A stretch of DNA of 62,962 bases from a virus. The position numbers and the translations under genes are program-made. How positions within the stretch are numbered: the stretch's first letter is position 1; every line of letters begins with the position of its first letter. Location of the stretch: IMG/VR virus record IMGVR_UViG_3300034005_000004, positions 1-62,962 of that record; one strand, 5' to 3'. Positions 37,713 to 44,869 of this stretch are shown piece after piece. The notes beneath the pieces were generated by a model. The model was not told where the DNA came from. It ran no database searches and was given only the letters and a program-made list of their open reading frames with translations.

Positions 37713-38114
37713 ATGTCCCAATCGCAACCGCCCAACTTAAACGATCCCGCGACCTTTCAAGCGCTCATCTCGCTGCTCGCGCTTCACCGCGAGGGCTTGC
37801 AGCGCGTGGGAGAAAGGTTTGACGACGCAGAGCGGCATGTAACGCTCGGCTCGCTCGACCGGGAATTTCAGCGGCTCCGCCAGGACTGCGACGGCGTCGA
37901 GACCATGCTGAAGAACGGCAACGGTCTGCTCGTTAGGTTCGAGAGGCTAGAGAACCGCGTCTCTAATCTCGAAGAGCATAACCGCTTAAGGAATTCGCAG
38001 ACGGAGAAGAGCAGCACCCGCAAATGGGACATCGTCCTGCTACTGCTCGGCTTCCTTCTGAGCAGCGTCTTAGGCGCGGCTATAACTCAGTGGCTTTCAC
38101 ACCTGCCGAAATAG
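37713..38114 (+). CDS. Tail-anchored coiled-coil membrane protein (lysis-module candidate)
   Basis: C-terminal TM 'WDIVLLLLGFLLSSVLGAAITQW'. Confidence 0.55.
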   Translation: MSQSQPPNLNDPATFQALISLLALHREGLQRVGERFDDAERHVTLGSLDREFQRLRQDCDGVETMLKNGNGLLVRFERLENRVSNLEEHNRLRNSQTEKSSTRKWDIVLLLLGFLLSSVLGAAITQWLSHLPK

Positions 38115-38124
38115 GAGCCTTTAA

Positions 38125-38529
38125 ATGAACCTGACTGTGATAAGAAACACGTTCACACCTAACAGCACAATGGGAGAGATTTACGTCGATGGCGCGTTCG
38201 AATGCTACACGCTCGAAGACGTTTGCCGCGCGCAGAAGATCAAGCACGAGACGGCCATCCCGCCGGGCGTCTATCAAGTCGCCGTAACCCCGTCCGCCCG
38301 CTTCAAGCGGGACCTGCCTTTGCTGCTCAACGTGCCTGAGTTCGAAGGCATCAGGATTCACCCCGGCAACACGAAGGCAGACACGTCGGGCTGCATCCTC
38401 GTCGGGGCAACAAAGGGCGCGGACCGCATCGGCAACAGCCGCACGGCGTTTCATGCCCTTTTTGAAAAGATCAAGGCCGCGCTCCGCGATGGCGAGAAAG
38501 TACAAATCGAGATAATCGAGAAGAGATGA
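38125..38529 (+). CDS. DUF5675 / YkuD-like protein, candidate cell-wall hydrolase
   Basis: 'IRIHPGNTKADTSGCILVG' matches the H...GC catalytic arrangement of the L,D-transpeptidase fold and the DUF5675 signature (from memory). Confidence 0.5.
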   Translation: MNLTVIRNTFTPNSTMGEIYVDGAFECYTLEDVCRAQKIKHETAIPPGVYQVAVTPSARFKRDLPLLLNVPEFEGIRIHPGNTKADTSGCILVGATKGADRIGNSRTAFHALFEKIKAALRDGEKVQIEIIEKR

Positions 38530-38813
38530 GGAGAACTATGCCAGAACCATGTGACCACAGGAAGCTCGGCGTGGGTCAAATTCCATTTCGCGACCGCGTC
38601 GTTCATAACGTCTGCCTCGATTGCGGCGAAGACCTCGGGCCGGTCGTTCGAGAGGCTGTGATGCTTTACGAGAACGGTCCCTGCTCGCCCCCTACGGGGA
38701 TAGTAGAAGGGCAAACGACAGTGACAGTGCCGGAAGCGAGATTGCAAGAACTGAAGCAAGAAGCTCCCCGCTGGCACCCGATGTTGAGGGCCGTAATTGA
38801 GACGTACCCCTAA
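38526..38813 (+). CDS. Hypothetical protein
   Basis: ATGA overlap with the upstream gene; 95 aa. Confidence 0.55.
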   Translation: MRRTMPEPCDHRKLGVGQIPFRDRVVHNVCLDCGEDLGPVVREAVMLYENGPCSPPTGIVEGQTTVTVPEARLQELKQEAPRWHPMLRAVIETYP

Positions 38814-38824
38814 AGGGTGAAAAG

Positions 38825-39079
38825 ATGACACGCATAACAGAGAGCATAGCAAAAGCCGTAGATGCGCACGCGACGGAGCTGATCCTATTTATGTGGGCCG
38901 TAGTCGTGCTGATCGCATACTGCGTCAAGCCCCTGCCTGAACTCCTCGGGATTCTCAGCGGGGCCGCAGCCGCACTGTATGCAATCGCGCAGAAGCGCCC
39001 GAAGACAGAAGTCGCAGCGCAGATTGAGAATGCCGATCAAGTAAAGGTGAATTCGCGCGATCAAGTAACGATGAATTGA
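38825..39079 (+). CDS. Two-TM small membrane protein (holin-like)
   Basis: Hydrophobic segments 'LILFMWAVVVLIAYCV' and 'LLGILSGAAAALYAIA', charged C-terminus. Confidence 0.5.
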   Translation: MTRITESIAKAVDAHATELILFMWAVVVLIAYCVKPLPELLGILSGAAAALYAIAQKRPKTEVAAQIENADQVKVNSRDQVTMN

Positions 39080-39142
39080 CCATGCGGAGTCAGGTTTGAC
39101 TCCGCGAGCAGCTTCACCGCTCGCGCGGGGTCAGCGCGACAA

Positions 39143-39152
39143 GGGGGGGGGG
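39143..39152 (+). repeat. G10 homopolymer immediately upstream of the methyltransferase ATG
   Basis: Counted as ten consecutive G ending 1 nt before ATG 39153. Confidence 0.85.
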
Positions 39153-39968
39153 ATGAGTAGGCCTTTCACGTTAATGTTCGGAGATTGCCTAGACCGAATG
39201 AGCGAGATAGCACAAGGTAGCGTCAATATGGTTGCGGCTGACTTACCGTATAAGGCAACTATTCACGCATGGGATTCAATCATACCGTGCGAACCGCTCT
39301 GGAAGCAGTACAAGCGAGTTACGACGCGAAACGCAGCCATAGTGCTTACAGCCATCCAGCCATTCGCAAGTCTTCTAGTGATGAGCAATTTGAAAATGTT
39401 TCGCTATGAGCTAATAGCAGAAAAGACCATGCCTACGATGTTTCAGCAAGCGAAGAAAATGCCATTAAGAAAACATGAAAACGTGCTGGTGTTCTATAGG
39501 AAGTTGCCGACCTATAACCCGCAGTTTGAGGCCGGGAAACCTTACAAGCGCGCCGCTGGCAGCGGTGATCGAAAGGCCAGCGGATTTCATTCTCAAGCAA
39601 TTGTCAAAACGGCTATTGATAATAAAGGCACGCGCTACCCCGGCAGCGTGAAGAAATTCTCTAATTCAAATCACGGATTACTGCACCCGACCCAGAAATC
39701 AATCGAACTGATGGAGTATCTAATAAAGACATACTCAAACGAAGGCGACACGATTCTAGATAACGCGATGGGGTCAGGTACTACGGGCGAGGCATGTATT
39801 AATCTTAATCGGAAATTCATCGGCATAGAGAAAGACCCGCATTATTTCGAGGTCGCACAGGAACGAATCGAGAAGGCATGGGCCAGGAGAGAGATGGGCA
39901 TAACACCGCTCCCAAATATGCCGTTGTTCCCCGCGCCTAGCCAGGCGCGGTTCATCGAAGAAGGCTAG
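39153..39968 (+). CDS. DNA methyltransferase, N4/N6 (PF01555-like, beta class)
   Basis: 'VAADLPYK' (DPPY variant) N-terminal and 'TILDNAMGSGTTGEAC' AdoMet motif C-terminal. Confidence 0.75.
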   Translation: MSRPFTLMFGDCLDRMSEIAQGSVNMVAADLPYKATIHAWDSIIPCEPLWKQYKRVTTRNAAIVLTAIQPFASLLVMSNLKMFRYELIAEKTMPTMFQQAKKMPLRKHENVLVFYRKLPTYNPQFEAGKPYKRAAGSGDRKASGFHSQAIVKTAIDNKGTRYPGSVKKFSNSNHGLLHPTQKSIELMEYLIKTYSNEGDTILDNAMGSGTTGEACINLNRKFIGIEKDPHYFEVAQERIEKAWARREMGITPLPNMPLFPAPSQARFIEEG

Positions 39969-40012
39969 AAGGCAAGAGTGAATCCTGAAATCAAGGCTCC
40001 TTGTGAGCGGCT

Positions 40013-40765
40013 TCACCTTTTCATTTCTTGAATCGCAGCGAGAACGGCCTGACGCTCAAGCAGGGGCATGTTCTGAAGCTTCTTTTGCCATCGCTCTGTT
40101 TTCCTCTTGATCCTTTGCCGCTCGGTCTTGTCTCTTCCGAGGTACCTGTAGTCGTGAAGCTCGACGGGCTCGGGATAATTCATCCAGAGGTATTCGGTCG
40201 CCTGCGTGCCGTTGCGCGTGATCGCCTGATAGGTCAGGACGCGCCAGCCCTCAAGCACCTGTTCGTAGAGGCTTGAGCGATAGCCTGAGATCATTACCGG
40301 GCAGCGGAATCGCTTAAGCAGCTTCAGGAGTTGCAGATGTTGAAGGTCTGAGAATTCGCGCTCGTAGATGAGGGCCTTCTTGTGAGAGCGAGACTCAAGC
40401 AGGTACGGCGGGTCAAGGTAGATGAACTCGTCGCCCTTGAGCTTGAGATTTGAGAGTAAGGATATCGCGCAGCCGCAAATGACTGCCGTGCGCTGGCGGC
40501 TGCCGGGGTAGATACATTTGACTGCTTCGTCGATGCAGTTGTTTATGTCTACTGATCCAGGAAGGACCTCGCAGCCGATAGCGTCTGCGGTCGACCGGGC
40601 GACGGCAGGGTCGAGTTCTATGATGAGATTCACTTCTGCGGGCCGTGTGAAGCGCGAGATCGCGGCAGAGCCGCCGAAGGCTTCTATCTTCACACGATGC
40701 GGCGGTATCTGATTGATGATCGTCTGATAGACGCCCATTCCGTTCTTACTTCCAGGGTAATTCAT
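40013..40765 (-). CDS. dam: DNA adenine methyltransferase, D12/Dam class
   Basis: 'YPGSKNGM' N-terminal motif and 'IYLDPPYL' catalytic motif. Confidence 0.8.
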   Translation of the reverse strand: MNYPGSKNGMGVYQTIINQIPPHRVKIEAFGGSAAISRFTRPAEVNLIIELDPAVARSTADAIGCEVLPGSVDINNCIDEAVKCIYPGSRQRTAVICGCAISLLSNLKLKGDEFIYLDPPYLLESRSHKKALIYEREFSDLQHLQLLKLLKRFRCPVMISGYRSSLYEQVLEGWRVLTYQAITRNGTQATEYLWMNYPEPVELHDYRYLGRDKTERQRIKRKTERWQKKLQNMPLLERQAVLAAIQEMKR

Positions 40766-40772
40766 ACCCTGT

Positions 40773-40801
40773 AGAGTAGACGAAACTATCTACGCGGTCA
40801 A
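40773..40801 (-). promoter_or_regulatory. Candidate promoter giving a leaderless dam mRNA
   Basis: Minus strand: TTGACC (rc 40796-40801), 17-nt spacer, TACTCT (rc 40773-40778), 7 nt, then ATG at 40765. Confidence 0.45.
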
Positions 40802-40809
40802 GAACTTTC

Positions 40810-41030
40810 TTATTGATCGACGAGGTAGACGTTCTCGTCTGCCGGTGATCACGCAGACATTCAGGGCTACGCTCGAGGGTAGACGTTAATAGCTACGCGG
40901 GATCTCTGCGCGGCTGAGCTTGCCCGCGCGGGCCGGCGCAGTTGCTTTTGGCTGCGAGGTGATCGCTCGCAGACGGAAGCGTCTACCAGGACCTCGTAGC
41001 TGTGAATGTCTGCGCTGGCCAGGTAAAGAC
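40810..41030 (+). repeat. Intergenic repeat cassette, copy C
   Basis: 40853-41015 reads identical to 62864-62899 plus 1-127 (163 nt). Confidence 0.9.
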
Positions 41031-41031
41031 A

Positions 41032-41838
41032 ATGCCAGACTTAGAGAAAAGAAAAATAGAGTTGATCTTCAGCCGCGAGGTATTCAAAACCGCCCTCTGG
41101 GCAACGCTCGCGGTCTGCGCCGTCGTCCTCACTTACGAGATCATAAAGACCTCGCGCGCGGTACGTCACCAGGCGGAAGCGGGCGCGGTCTATAACGAGC
41201 AGTTGCAGGCGATCATAGGTGAAGCCAGGGACGCCGTCCGCGACGTGCATGAGACGACGACGCAACTCAAGAAAGAGATACCCCGCGTCGTCTCAAACCT
41301 CGACGGGGCGGTGACGGATACGCGAACAGTGATACGCTCGCTCAACGGCCCTGTAATCGCGATCAACGGCGTCGTCGCAGACATCAGGCGCGATACCCTG
41401 CCGCTCGTCAACACGAACCTGTCGAGCCTGAACGACAACCAGATCAAGCTCGGAGAGACGATAGAGGTCACGAGAGACGGTCTGAAAGAGATCGTCTCGT
41501 CTCTTTCGCTCGCAGGACAAGACATCAGGCTTATAACCTCTGACCCCGCGCTTCAATCATTGCCGGAAGAGATCAACGCCCTCACGAAAAGCCTGAACCG
41601 GACGGCGGGCAAGGTCGAAGTCATCGCGGATGATCTGCACGCCACAGGGCAGAATGTCGCGGGCGTCACGGGCAACCTGAATCTAATGTCTGCCGACGCG
41701 CAGAAGTGGAGCCATGCCCTGCTATTCCCGCCGCGAGAGAAAGGCTTCGCAGGGTTCTTAAAGAGATACGTGCTTGCGCCTCTCAAGACATCGGGCGGCG
41801 TAGTCTACCTGTGGGTCAAGATCCTTAACGGCATGTAG
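41032..41838 (+). CDS. Membrane-anchored coiled-coil protein
   Basis: ATG 41032 directly after the repeat; TM 'ALWATLAVCAVVLTYEII'; long helical region. Confidence 0.6.
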   Translation: MPDLEKRKIELIFSREVFKTALWATLAVCAVVLTYEIIKTSRAVRHQAEAGAVYNEQLQAIIGEARDAVRDVHETTTQLKKEIPRVVSNLDGAVTDTRTVIRSLNGPVIAINGVVADIRRDTLPLVNTNLSSLNDNQIKLGETIEVTRDGLKEIVSSLSLAGQDIRLITSDPALQSLPEEINALTKSLNRTAGKVEVIADDLHATGQNVAGVTGNLNLMSADAQKWSHALLFPPREKGFAGFLKRYVLAPLKTSGGVVYLWVKILNGM

Positions 41839-41882
41839 CTCATCACTCATCACCTTTCATCAAACCCGAATAAGAGGACATC

Positions 41883-43661
41883 ATGATTAGAAAAGCCATC
41901 ATTCTACTGCTCTGCTTTGCCTGCATCCATTTTCATCCCGCGCCTGCCTACGCGCAGTCTGAGCCGCCCGAGCCGCCGCGCGTATTCCTAGACACCGCCT
42001 ACGCCCAAGCGGCGGGCATTAAGATCATCGTCGGGGCGCGTGAGGACTTCCAGAGCGCGCTCAACGTCGGACATCTCGGCGATGAGATCATCCTGACGGC
42101 AGGCGTAACCAAGCCCGGCAACTTCACGCTGCCCGCCAAATCAGGAACCGCCCCGCTCATAATCCGCACGTCGAATCTGGATGCGCTCGAAGAGGGCAGG
42201 CGCGTCGGCCCGGCTGACGCTACGAATATGCCGAAGCTGGTTAGCCCGAACAGCGACCCCGTCATCTTGGCGGCTCCGGGCGCGCACCATTATCGCTTCG
42301 TCGGGATTGAATTCTCTTCGCGCGTCGATATGAACAACCTGATCGCGCTCGGCGACGGCTCGGAGACAGATGTTTCGAGAGCGCCGTCTGACCTCACGAT
42401 TGACCGCTGCTACGCGCATGGCCTGGCGAACCTCAAGCTCCGTCGCGGCATCGCCCTCAACAGTGCGCGCACGGCGATCATCGACTCCTATATCTCAGAG
42501 GTCCACGAGGTAGGGGCAGACTCTCAAGCCATCTGCGGGTGGAACGGCCCCGGCCCTTTCAAGATCGTGAATAACTATCTTGAATCGGCGGGCGAAAATG
42601 TAATGTTCGGAGGCGCAGACCCGAAGATTCAAGGGCTAGTGCCGTCAGACATAGAACTGCGACGAAATAAATTCTTCAAGCCTCTAAGCTGGAACCCTTT
42701 CGACAAAGAGAACTTTCAGCCGCTCAGCGGCCAGGCGGTGACGTGGACGACGAACTCGCAGCCCTGCGCGTCGGAAGAACAGGGCCGTCGTTTACCGCCT
42801 CGGTACGTCGCGGCGGGCGGCTGCACAGCTCGGCACTGGTCTGTGAAGAACCTGCTTGAGCTGAAGAACGCGCAGCGCGTCCTGATTGAAGGGAACCTCT
42901 TTGAGAACAATTGGGCGGACGCTCAATCGGGCTATGCGATCTTGTTTAAGTCCGTCAACCAGGACGGGGCGGCGGCATGGTGCATCACTCAAGACGTAGA
43001 CTGTAAAAACAACATCGTGCGCCGTTCGCCCGGGGGCGTGAACGTGCTCGGCTTTGACGCTTCTCAGCCCGGGCAGAAGGCCCGGCGCGTGAGCGTGAGG
43101 AATAATCTATTTGACGACATCGCAGGCTCATTCCTTCAAATCTCAGACGCGCCCGACGTGAGCGCAGATCACAATACAATTCTGCACGGCGGCAACGTCA
43201 TCACGGCGTACGGCCCCGCGAGCCCCGGCTTCACCTACACGAACAACCTATCGCGCCATAACGCCTTCGGCGTGAAGGGAGATAGTCAAGGGACCGGCTT
43301 GCCTACGCTGAATGCTTACTTCACCGGGTATGCCTTCACAAAGAACGTGCTTGCGGGCGGCAACTCTTCGCTCTACCCGCCCGACAACTATTTCCCTGCT
43401 TCGCTCGATTCTGTGGGGTTCGTTGACGCGGCAAGCGGCAATTACAGGCTCTCCTCTTCGAGCGTCTATAGGAACGCAGGCACGGACGGGCGCGACCTCG
43501 GCGCAGACATAGACGCGATAGAAGCTGCGATGCGTGGCGTCGTCGTGCCGCCGCCCGTCCCGCCCTCGGTTAATCTCACCGTGCCGCCTGAAGGCATCGA
43601 CATCGAATACAGGGACGTGCGCACGGGCAGGGTCATTCTCACGGTGAGGCTGCGACCTTAA
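41883..43661 (+). CDS. Secreted right-handed beta-helix protein (polysaccharide lyase/hydrolase-like)
   Basis: Signal peptide 'MIRKAIILLLCFACIHFHPAPAYA|Q'; repeated N-N-x / G-G-x rungs. Confidence 0.6.
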   Translation: MIRKAIILLLCFACIHFHPAPAYAQSEPPEPPRVFLDTAYAQAAGIKIIVGAREDFQSALNVGHLGDEIILTAGVTKPGNFTLPAKSGTAPLIIRTSNLDALEEGRRVGPADATNMPKLVSPNSDPVILAAPGAHHYRFVGIEFSSRVDMNNLIALGDGSETDVSRAPSDLTIDRCYAHGLANLKLRRGIALNSARTAIIDSYISEVHEVGADSQAICGWNGPGPFKIVNNYLESAGENVMFGGADPKIQGLVPSDIELRRNKFFKPLSWNPFDKENFQPLSGQAVTWTTNSQPCASEEQGRRLPPRYVAAGGCTARHWSVKNLLELKNAQRVLIEGNLFENNWADAQSGYAILFKSVNQDGAAAWCITQDVDCKNNIVRRSPGGVNVLGFDASQPGQKARRVSVRNNLFDDIAGSFLQISDAPDVSADHNTILHGGNVITAYGPASPGFTYTNNLSRHNAFGVKGDSQGTGLPTLNAYFTGYAFTKNVLAGGNSSLYPPDNYFPASLDSVGFVDAASGNYRLSSSSVYRNAGTDGRDLGADIDAIEAAMRGVVVPPPVPPSVNLTVPPEGIDIEYRDVRTGRVILTVRLRP

Positions 43662-43730
43662 CCGCTTTCTTTCGGGCGCGTGAATTGCGCGCAATCAATC
43701 AATCAACAACAGGAGAACAGGAGAAATATT

Positions 43731-44231
43731 ATGTTTGGAATAAGAAGTTTTTTATCTCGTCATTTCGACGCGCTCAGAAAAGCATTCGGCTGGATAAGGA
43801 AACAGGAGAATCAAGAAAAGGTAGCTAAGGAGATCGCGGTCGCGCTCGATCTGTCCGAGAAGGCCGCGCCCGCCGTCAGGCAGATCTCGGCGGCTCTGGG
43901 CGGCGATGACCTGGTCGTTCTGTCAGGGTCGGCACTGGCAGCGGCTAACAGGACAGGCATCAAGATCGAGCATATCTTAGAGGAGCCTGACTGGCATAAG
44001 AAGGTCGGCCTGGCGCTTGACCTTGCGGGGAACTCGCTCAAAGAGGAGATCCGCGAGATGCTGCCGGCGCTCGAACGTGGCATCGAGATCGACGGCAAGA
44101 TCATCAAGACGGCTGAGCAGCTTGACGCGCTCAGCGCTAACGTCTTTCACACGCCCGCGCAGATTGCGATTCGGGCGCTGCGGGTCGCAGGCGAAATAGG
44201 CAGCATCGCATCGCAGGCGGCAAGGAATTGA
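43731..44231 (+). CDS. Hypothetical protein
   Basis: ATG 43731 after AGGAGAACAGGAG; in frame with track ORF 43680. Confidence 0.6.
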   Translation: MFGIRSFLSRHFDALRKAFGWIRKQENQEKVAKEIAVALDLSEKAAPAVRQISAALGGDDLVVLSGSALAAANRTGIKIEHILEEPDWHKKVGLALDLAGNSLKEEIREMLPALERGIEIDGKIIKTAEQLDALSANVFHTPAQIAIRALRVAGEIGSIASQAARN

Positions 44232-44235
44232 GTGT

Positions 44236-44272
44236 GGCCGCTCCGCCTCCTGCCAGAGTACGCGGAGCGGCC
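44236..44272. terminator. GC hairpin at a convergent gene boundary
   Basis: ggccgctccgc / gcggagcggcc 11-bp stem. Confidence 0.5.
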
Positions 44273-44345
44273 CATAGCGATGCTGCGGTAACGGGCCTGT
44301 GGGGCGGGCCCGCGCTCTCGTATGGGCGCAACCGCCGCATCGCTG

Positions 44346-44390
44346 CCCGGCGTCGTACTAGGACTTGCCGCGACGCCGGGTTATCCTTTA
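44346..44390 (+). terminator. Hairpin followed by a T-rich tract
   Basis: cccggcgtcg / cgacgccggg 10-bp stem followed by TTATCCTTTA. Confidence 0.5.
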
Positions 44391-44531
44391 TGGTTTGAAT
44401 CAGAGCGCATTCAGATGAAGCCCCGTTAAGCTGATTTAAGAGGTTGGCAGGCCGTCCGACTCGTTAGACGCCGGAACCTGACAATCGCTTACAGGTCAAT
44501 TAAGCGCTTCCCGCACTAGTCGAATTCCCTT

Positions 44532-44804
44532 CTAGCTCCCTTGCGCGCCCGGCCATATAGTTGCCACGACGCCGACAAGGTCTATTTCTCTAAGTCGCTC
44601 GCAAATACAATTCGGGCACAGCAAGCCACAACCTTTATGATGAGTCGGATTGATTCGCTCCCATACTTCGTGCGGCAGTGAAAGGTCGGCAAAGTTGTCG
44701 TAAGGAATTCGGCAATCGTAACATACGCCCTGCGGGCACTCGTCGTCTCTGTACTTCCATTGCTTCTTAATGCCAAAGGAATTGACGTAATAGTCTGGCT
44801 CCAT
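44532..44804 (-). CDS. Cys-rich small protein
   Basis: 'CPQGVCYDCRIPY...CGLLCPNCIC' zinc-binding pattern; 90 aa. Confidence 0.6.
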   Translation of the reverse strand: MEPDYYVNSFGIKKQWKYRDDECPQGVCYDCRIPYDNFADLSLPHEVWERINPTHHKGCGLLCPNCICERLREIDLVGVVATIWPGAQGS

Positions 44805-44869
44805 TGAATCAACCTATTGCGGCCCGACAGGGCGACACCGCGACGTGTCAAGGTGTCGCGGTCAGTGCG

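Noticed and set aside
15762-41030. Invertible or excisable segment bounded by repeat cassettes (B x C inversion, A x C deletion)
   Set aside because: No serine or tyrosine recombinase, invertase or transposase is visible. The flipped segment would be most of the tail module. It is reported only as a possibility to test with reads.
40920-41195. Track ORFs starting inside the repeat cassettes (40920-41195; 41002 start of 41002-41838)
   Set aside because: The sequence is identical non-coding repeat DNA present three times, once inverted. The downstream gene has a proper ATG at 41032.
43690-43710. Short CAAT tandem (caatcaatcaatcaa) upstream of gene 43731
   Set aside because: There are only about three units in an intergenic leader and nothing further supports a function.
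44232-44531. Possible tRNA or attachment-site region at the convergent boundary; tRNA/tmRNA search elsewhere
   Set aside because: Only GC hairpins consistent with terminators are present. I found no cloverleaf with a T-arm GTTCRANNC motif or CCA-proximal acceptor pairing anywhere by eye. A tRNAscan/ARAGORN run would be decisive.
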